Source: an uncultured Actinomycetes bacterium
GTDB taxonomy: Bacteria; Actinomycetota; Thermoleophilia; UBA2241
DNA length: 64,000 bases
NCBI GenBank assembly: GCA_963767005.1
Contig: CAVYCN010000002.1
Coordinates: 32,001 to 96,000, forward strand
Reading direction: 5' to 3'
Part shown: positions 58,080 to 64,000 of the stretch, in pieces
Layout: each line of letters begins with the position of its first letter
How positions within the stretch are numbered: the stretch's first letter is position 1
The notes under the pieces: generated by a model
What the model was told of the DNA's origin: nothing
The model's input: only the letters and a program-made list of their open reading frames with translations
The model's database searches: none
Translations under genes and position numbers: made by a program

Positions 58080-58439
58080 CTAGACCGTCGTGCTCTCGAG
58101 TGCCTTCTCACGGGTGGGATAGATGCCGAAGATGCGGTCGAGCCCCGTGATCTCGAAGATCCGCGTGATGTTGTCGTCGTGACAGACGATGTCGAGGGTC
58201 CCGTTCTGGGGACGGACGCGCTTGGCGCCACTCACCAGCACGCCCAGGGCGGTCGAGTCGATGAACGTCACGGCTGCGAGGTCGACGACGATGTGCTTCG
58301 CACCCTCGTCGATGCTCTGGATCATGACCTCCTTGAACTGCGGCGCCGAGTAGATGTCGACCTCGCCCTGCAGCGCGACGACGGCGACTTCGTCGCCCAC
58401 GCGTACGAGCTCGACGCCGAACTGTGGCCTGTCGTCCAT
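58080..58439 (-). CDS. RsbV/BldG-like anti-anti-sigma factor (STAS)
   Basis: GEVDIYSAP, VDL..VTFIDSTALGVLV, IFEITGLD. GGGGAG RBS. Confidence 0.9.
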   Translation of the reverse strand: MDDRPQFGVELVRVGDEVAVVALQGEVDIYSAPQFKEVMIQSIDEGAKHIVVDLAAVTFIDSTALGVLVSGAKRVRPQNGTLDIVCHDDNITRIFEITGLDRIFGIYPTREKALESTTV

Positions 58440-58750
58440 TCGCTCCCCTTCTCGCCCCCAGTGACCTGCGCTATCGCCGGGCCGGCTCCGGTGCCGGACC
58501 CCTGTCCGGCGGCGCCCGCCGATGTCACGGTTATGGCCATGGCGTTTCGCGCCTAAACGCCCGCCGGCTGGGGGTGTCGCCTCAGGCGGCGCGCAAACGG
58601 CGCTCCCCATGGCGGGGCAGCAGATCGGCCGCTAGAGTCTCAGGGAGGAGAGTGGCGGCCGCCGCGGCGCGGCGGCTCGAGGCGCTCGGGGGGCGGAGTG
58701 ACGATGGACTGCAGACGCGGCGAGGGGCGCAGCCGGCCGGGAGCGGGACG

Positions 58751-59254
58751 GTGAGCGCGGCGCTCGCCACGCTCGGCGCGGCGCTCGCCGTGCCCGCTGC
58801 TGCGGCGCGCGTGGCGACCGTCGCCGCACCGCCGGGCGCGCGCCTCACCCTCGCCGTGACCATCGTCGGCCTCGTGGCGCTGACCGTCGGCTGGCGCCTG
58901 GCGGTGGCCCGTCGCTACACCGCGCACGCCTTCGTGCAGACCGGCGCGGTGGTCGCCATCAGCGCCACCGTCGTGCTCTGGATGATCGTGTCGCTCGTGC
59001 GCAACGTGCTGCCCGAGATCCCGGCGCGCCTCGGCCAGGCGACCTATGCCGTCGACACGGTCCACGCCGCGATCGGCGCGGTGGCCGCCGTCTTCGGCGT
59101 GTTCGTCGTGCTCGCCGCGGGCAAGGTGCTGCCGGTGCGGCTGCGCTTTCGCGCCTTTCGGCCGTTCATGCGAGCCGCCTACGGGCTCTACGCCGTCGCT
59201 GCTGCAGGGGGCGTGATCCTGTTCGTCGTCGCCTACGGCGCCGGCCCGCGCTAG
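58751..59254 (+). CDS. DUF420-like four-helix membrane protein
   Basis: Four hydrophobic helices with conserved-looking His residues (TAH, TVHA). Family call tentative. Confidence 0.55.
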   Translation: MSAALATLGAALAVPAAAARVATVAAPPGARLTLAVTIVGLVALTVGWRLAVARRYTAHAFVQTGAVVAISATVVLWMIVSLVRNVLPEIPARLGQATYAVDTVHAAIGAVAAVFGVFVVLAAGKVLPVRLRFRAFRPFMRAAYGLYAVAAAGGVILFVVAYGAGPR

Positions 59255-59272
59255 GCGGGTGGGGGGGCGGCG

Positions 59273-60595
59273 TTGGCCGGGCCGGACGGCGGCGGGTACG
59301 ACCGTCGCGTGCTCGTGGCGAGCCTCGTCCTGCAGTTCGCGGCGGGGCTGCTGCTGGGCCACTCCTACGACACCCGCGTGTTCCTGGCCACGGGCTACCT
59401 CGTGGGCCACGGTCTCGACCCGTACGTCGCCCGCGATCTCGCCGCGGTGTTCCCCCACGCCGGCTTCGGGGCGAGCGCCACGATCGGCTACCCGCCGCCC
59501 TGGCCGCTCGCGCTCGGCCTGATCGAGCGCATCGTCGCGGCGCTGACCGGGTCGCTGCTCGTCTACGACCTGGCGATCAAGCTGCCGGTGATCGCCGCGA
59601 ACGTCGGCCTTGCGTACCTGGCCGCGGCCGTCCTGCGCCGCCGCGGCGCGGCGGTCGCGGCGCGGCGCGCCTGGACCTTTCTGCTGCTCAACCCGCTCCT
59701 GCTGTTCGTCGGGGCGGGCTGGGGCGAGATCGACGCGATCGTCGCGTTTTTGTCGCTCGCGGCGCTCTGGCTGCTCGAGCGGCGCCGCGCCGACGCCTCG
59801 GCCCTGCTGCTCGCGCTCGCCGTCTGCGTCAAGCCGATCGCCCTGCCGCTCGTGCCCGCGGCGCTCGCCTGGATCGCGTTCGGCGGCCGCGCCGCCCGCG
59901 ACGAGCAGGCGGCGCTGCGGCCGCGACTCGGCCGGGCGGCGCGCTACGGCGCGCTCTGGCTGGGTGGCGTGCTGCTGCTCTACGTGGCGCCCTTCTTCGC
60001 CTTCGGTTGGAGCCGGGCGCCCTTCACCCAGCGTCTGAACGCGCACTTCGTGAGTCGCGGCGGCCTGTCGTTCATGACCGTCGTGCGGCTCGTGCGCGAC
60101 CCGACGCTCATGCAGGGCCGCTGGTGGCTCCTCGGCCTGCTCTGGGTGCCGGCCCTCGTCCTTGCGACGGTCGCCTTGCGGCGCGGCGACGGCGACCTCG
60201 AGGACCTGCTCCGCAAAGGCAGCGCCCTCGTGCTCGTCGTCCTGCTCGCGCGCGCCTGGGTGGCCGAGCCCAACACCGTGCTGCCGCTGGCGCTCCTCAC
60301 CGTGCTCGCCGGGCTCGGCGCCCTGGACCATCGCGCTCTCACGGCGACCTGGGTGCTGCCGCTCGCCTTCGCCGTGCTGAACGCGGCGCCGCTGCAGCTC
60401 CTCTGGCTGTCGTGGCCGGGCCTCATGGCACGCCTGCTCGGCGACGTCGGCCGCTACGGTCAGGCGACCCTCGTGGCGCGCGCGGCGGTCGTCGTGGCCT
60501 GGCAGGCCGCCGGCTGGTGGATCGTCTGGCGGTGCCTGCGGCGACCGCGGGTCGCCGTCGCACCGGTCCCCGGTGCGCGTGAGGCGGCCGCGTGA
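59273..60595 (+). CDS. GT-C superfamily (GT87-like) polytopic glycosyltransferase
   Basis: GHSYD, YPPPW, KLP, LLNP, GWGEIDA, ALA..VKP motifs with many TM helices. Confidence 0.65.
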   Translation: MAGPDGGGYDRRVLVASLVLQFAAGLLLGHSYDTRVFLATGYLVGHGLDPYVARDLAAVFPHAGFGASATIGYPPPWPLALGLIERIVAALTGSLLVYDLAIKLPVIAANVGLAYLAAAVLRRRGAAVAARRAWTFLLLNPLLLFVGAGWGEIDAIVAFLSLAALWLLERRRADASALLLALAVCVKPIALPLVPAALAWIAFGGRAARDEQAALRPRLGRAARYGALWLGGVLLLYVAPFFAFGWSRAPFTQRLNAHFVSRGGLSFMTVVRLVRDPTLMQGRWWLLGLLWVPALVLATVALRRGDGDLEDLLRKGSALVLVVLLARAWVAEPNTVLPLALLTVLAGLGALDHRALTATWVLPLAFAVLNAAPLQLLWLSWPGLMARLLGDVGRYGQATLVARAAVVVAWQAAGWWIVWRCLRRPRVAVAPVPGAREAAA

Positions 60596-61509
60596 GCTGG
60601 TCGGCGGAGATCGGCGAGGGACTGTCGCTGGTGCTGGCGCGCGCGGCGCCGGGACCGCCGCGCGCGGCCGGCGCGGCTGCGCTGCCGGGCGCTGCCGGCT
60701 CACCGGCCGGTGAAAGCCCCAGCTCGCCCGGCACGACCGCTCCGTACTCGACCGCGCGGCTGCGCCGCGGACTGCTGCTGATGGACGGCGGCGCGGACCT
60801 GTCGGAGGAGGGCGTCGGGTTCGGCGTGCCGGTGGTCAAGCGCGGCCGCGAGACGCTGTTCCCGGGCGCGCTCGAGGTGATCGAGCTGTCCTTTGGGTCG
60901 CGGCCGCGGCTCGTCGCGCTGTACACGCTCGACCTCGTCGAGCGTCTGCGTGGGGCGGGCGGCGATGTGGTGGATCGGCGCGGCCTGTACGGCGCCAAGG
61001 ACGCGCTGGCCGCGCTGCACCGGCGGGCGCCGGCTCTGCGCGGCCCGCTCACGACGGTCTCGAGCCTGCTGCGCGCCAGCCTGGGCTGGACGACGGTGTA
61101 CGAGCGCGCCGGCGCCACCGCGGGCACGGTCGCCGTCGCCTGGGTGGTCGACCCGGCCGGCGGCGTGCTCACGGTGGACGTCGACCTGACCGGTCTCGCG
61201 CCCGACGTCGGTGAGGCGGTCGTGATGAACGAGCAGGGCGCACGCTGCTTCGACGGCTACGTCGAGGACGGCGGTGCGCCGCGCGACGCAGCCGGAGTCG
61301 CCACCTGGGACAGGGTCCGGGCGCCACGGGCCGCCTTCGTGAGCGGCGGCCGCCGGGTCGCCTTCTGGGCCCTGCCGGCCGACGGCGCCCGCCTGTACCG
61401 CGGTCGCGAGCTGGTCGGCGCGCGCCTGGCGTGGGCGGGCTTCGGCTACTCGGTATCGCCCGCGGTCGGCCGTCTGCGCTACGAGATCGCCGTGGAACGG
61501 CTGGCGTGA
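60592..61509 (+). CDS. Hypothetical protein (beta-rich)
   Basis: GTGA coupling to the GT-C gene; motif-like EEGVGFGVPV, MNEQGA and GRE..GARLAWAGF segments. Confidence 0.65.
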   Translation: MSWSAEIGEGLSLVLARAAPGPPRAAGAAALPGAAGSPAGESPSSPGTTAPYSTARLRRGLLLMDGGADLSEEGVGFGVPVVKRGRETLFPGALEVIELSFGSRPRLVALYTLDLVERLRGAGGDVVDRRGLYGAKDALAALHRRAPALRGPLTTVSSLLRASLGWTTVYERAGATAGTVAVAWVVDPAGGVLTVDVDLTGLAPDVGEAVVMNEQGARCFDGYVEDGGAPRDAAGVATWDRVRAPRAAFVSGGRRVAFWALPADGARLYRGRELVGARLAWAGFGYSVSPAVGRLRYEIAVERLA

Positions 61510-61564
61510 TGCCCGCCGACCGACGTCCGCGTGGCGAGCGCCGCTCCCGTCCGGGCCGGTCGGC

Positions 61565-62941
61565 GTGACCTCGGTGCTGCTCATCTATCCGTTCTTCCGG
61601 CCGCGGCGCGACCGCTCGCGCTTTCGCTTTCCGCCGCTGGGCCCGGCCTACGTCGCGGCGGCCCTGCGCGCGGCGGGCCACGAGGTCGACCTGCTCGACT
61701 GCACGTTCCTGACCCGCGACCAGGCGCTCGCCAGGGCGCGGGCGTCGGGGGCGAGCGTCGTGGGCGTGTCGACGCTGGCGACGCTCGCCTCCGACGCCCT
61801 CTGGTTCGCCGAGCGGCTGCGCGGTCGCTGCGACCTGCTCGTGGCCGGCGGCCCGCTTGCGACCTGCGAGCCCTGGTCGTTCCTGACCCGCTTCGACGCC
61901 ATCGTGCGCGGCGAGGGCGAGACGACGATGTGCGAGCTCGTGGCCGCGTTCGCCGCTGGTCGCGACCTCGCTGGGGTGCCGGGCGTCGTGACCGCGGCGG
62001 GCGCGGCGGGCGCCGCCGGTGACCCTGAGCCCGCTACCCAGCCTCCGGCCGTGCCCCGTCCGCTCGCCCCGGACCTCGACGCGCTGCCGTTCCCGGCGCG
62101 CGACCTGCTGCCCAACGCCGACTACATCGCCAGCGCCCGCGCGCACCGCGGCGCCGCCGTCACGACGGTGATGAGCACGCGCGGCTGTCCGTTTACCTGC
62201 GAGTTCTGCAGCAACGTGGTGTTCGGCCGCACGTACCGTGCGCGCTTGCCGGGCGGCGTGGTCGACGAGGTCGAGCAGGCGCTCGCCCTGGGTTACGACC
62301 GCATCGCGTTCGCCGACGACGTCTTTACGCTCGACCACGGCCGGGTGCGCGCGATCTGCGACGAGATCGCCCGCCGCGGTCTGCGCTTCGCCTGGGAGTG
62401 CCTGGGCCGGGCCGACACGGTCGACGACGAGGTCGCCGGCCGGCTGGCCGCGGCCGGCTGCGACACGATCTTCTTCGGCCTCGAGTCGGGCAACGACGGC
62501 GTCCTGCGGCTCATGGACAAGCGGATCACGACGGCCCAGGGGCGCGTCGCCGTGGCGGCCGCGCGGCGCGCCGGCCTGAAGGTCGGCGCCTTCTTCATCC
62601 TCTACTATCCCGGCGAGTCCGACGACACCGTGCTGGACACGCTGCGCTACGCCCGCTCTCTGCCGCTCGACTACGTCGGCCTGAGTATGCCGTATCCGCT
62701 GCCGAGCACCCGCCTCGCCGAGCGCGTCGGCCGGCCGACGCGCCAGTGGCGTCAGCGCGGCGGCCTGCTCGGCGACCACAGCCTGCTCTTCGACACCGGC
62801 GTGCCGGCCGCCAGGGTGCGGGCCGCGATCGCCAAGGGCCAGGTCGAGCACCTCATCGCACGCCGGCTCGGGCCGCTCTCGCCGCTCGCCCTGCGGGCGT
62901 TCGCGGCACCGACCGACGCGCTGCTGCGCCGCGTTCCCTGA
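61565..62941 (+). CDS. B12-binding radical SAM protein
   Basis: PPLG..YVAA B12 domain, VAGGP, VRGEGE, RGCPFTCEFC, ADDVF, GLESG. Confidence 0.9.
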   Translation: MTSVLLIYPFFRPRRDRSRFRFPPLGPAYVAAALRAAGHEVDLLDCTFLTRDQALARARASGASVVGVSTLATLASDALWFAERLRGRCDLLVAGGPLATCEPWSFLTRFDAIVRGEGETTMCELVAAFAAGRDLAGVPGVVTAAGAAGAAGDPEPATQPPAVPRPLAPDLDALPFPARDLLPNADYIASARAHRGAAVTTVMSTRGCPFTCEFCSNVVFGRTYRARLPGGVVDEVEQALALGYDRIAFADDVFTLDHGRVRAICDEIARRGLRFAWECLGRADTVDDEVAGRLAAAGCDTIFFGLESGNDGVLRLMDKRITTAQGRVAVAAARRAGLKVGAFFILYYPGESDDTVLDTLRYARSLPLDYVGLSMPYPLPSTRLAERVGRPTRQWRQRGGLLGDHSLLFDTGVPAARVRAAIAKGQVEHLIARRLGPLSPLALRAFAAPTDALLRRVP

Positions 62942-62944
62942 AGG

Positions 62945-64000
62945 TCAGGAAGCCGCCGAGGGCGACCCGGCGCGCCGGCGCGCCGCTCGCCCTGAGCGCC
63001 GCGCGGCGAACGCGGCCATGGTCTCGGCCACGCGGCGGCGCAGCCAGGCCTCGTCGAACGCGGAGTTGTACACGAAGGTGATGTCGTTCTCCTCGCGCCA
63101 GTCGCGGCCGTCGTCGGGGCCGCCGAGGCGCGTGAACAGCGCCGAGCCCGGCAGCGGGTAGGGCACGTTGAACGAGATCTCGTCGAGCGGCAGGCGCAGG
63201 GCCAGCTCGAACGTCTGTTCTACCTCGGTGCGCGTCTCGCCCGGATAGCCCACGATGAAGAAGGCGGCGACCTCGATACCGGCCGCGCGATACAGGCGCA
63301 CCGCGCGCTTGCCGTCGGCGACACTGACCCGCTTGTTCATGAGCTCGAGCGTCGCCGCGCTGCCCGACTCGAGGCCGAGGTAGACGCGGCGGCAGCCGGC
63401 CTCGTGCATGAGGCGCGCGGTGCCGGGCGCGAAGCCCTCGGCGCGCGCGAGGCACGACCAGGTCATGCCGCGGCCGATCATGCCGCGGCAGAAGGCTTCG
63501 AGGTACGCCCGGCTCAGGGTGAACGTGTCGTCGGCGATCCAGAGGCCGTCGTACCCGAGAGAGCGGAGGTCTTCGATCTCCGCCAGGACGCTGTCGAGCC
63601 GGCGGCGGCGCACGACGTCGCCGAAGATCGGCTTGGAGCAGAAGTCGCACGAGAACGGGCAGCCGAGCGTGGCGATGATCGAGGTCGTGCGCACGCCGGT
63701 CGTGCGCAGCCACTCCGCCTGGTAGGCGGCGTGGTCGAAGTCGCTGCGATCGGGCGTGGGGAAGCCGTGCAGCTCGGCCTCGCCGAGGTGCACGGCGGGG
63801 TTGTCGACGGGCCGGCCGTGGTCGGGGACGAAGAGGCCGTCGTAGCCGTCGAGCGGCAGGCGGGCCAGCGCCGCCGCCGTCGAACGCCGGCCCGGCCAGT
63901 CGGCGCAGAACCGCGGGAAGCTCAGGTCGGCCTCGCCGCGGAAGACCGCGTCGAAGCGCGCGCCGAAGCGCCGCGGGAACACGGTGGGGAGGGGGCCACC
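62945..64000 (-). CDS. Second B12-binding radical SAM protein; N-terminus beyond the right edge
   Basis: GGPLPT, FRGEAD, GCPFSCDFC, ADDTF, GLESG, GYPGET. Confidence 0.88.
   Translation of the reverse strand, partial: GGPLPTVFPRRFGARFDAVFRGEADLSFPRFCADWPGRRSTAAALARLPLDGYDGLFVPDHGRPVDNPAVHLGEAELHGFPTPDRSDFDHAAYQAEWLRTTGVRTTSIIATLGCPFSCDFCSKPIFGDVVRRRRLDSVLAEIEDLRSLGYDGLWIADDTFTLSRAYLEAFCRGMIGRGMTWSCLARAEGFAPGTARLMHEAGCRRVYLGLESGSAATLELMNKRVSVADGKRAVRLYRAAGIEVAAFFIVGYPGETRTEVEQTFELALRLPLDEISFNVPYPLPGSALFTRLGGPDDGRDWREENDITFVYNSAFDEAWLRRRVAETMAAFAARRSGRAARRRAGSPSAAS

Noticed and set aside
1-64000. CRISPR arrays, IS elements, integrases, tRNA or rRNA
   Set aside because: No regularly spaced repeats, transposase or integrase motifs, or tRNA/rRNA signatures were seen.

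Overview
Very GC-rich bacterial chromosomal window. It looks like a deep-branching actinomycete (Thermoleophilia-like; inferred from GC content, a fused PafBC gene and the dcw layout). Left to right: an ABC-2 exporter; signalling genes (GAF-GGDEF cyclase, AlkD-like protein, SpoIIE phosphatase, site-2 protease); a tightly coupled minus-strand run (ornithine-racemase-like enzyme, two non-pyrrolysine MttB-family methyltransferases, GNAT, fused PafBC, small membrane protein, larA) divergent from a LysA-type decarboxylase; a degenerate DegT-like gene; a secreted amidase and DUF4829-like proteins; an Rrf2-cysK-larE-cysE operon; a DUF211/VIT pair; pcrA; enoyl-CoA hydratase; otsB; pyrF; the dcw cluster (mraZ to ftsZ); secDF; STAS and zinc-finger genes; and the start of a GT-C plus B12-radical-SAM cluster. 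The most striking unexplained signal is a roughly 310-nt, highly structured putative non-coding RNA at about 33436-33745. It has a near-consensus sigma-A promoter, an Ms1/6S-like long hairpin, a 6C-like double C-loop domain and a terminator. No mobile elements, CRISPR arrays, tRNA or rRNA were seen. All family calls come from motif recognition by eye, not database searches.
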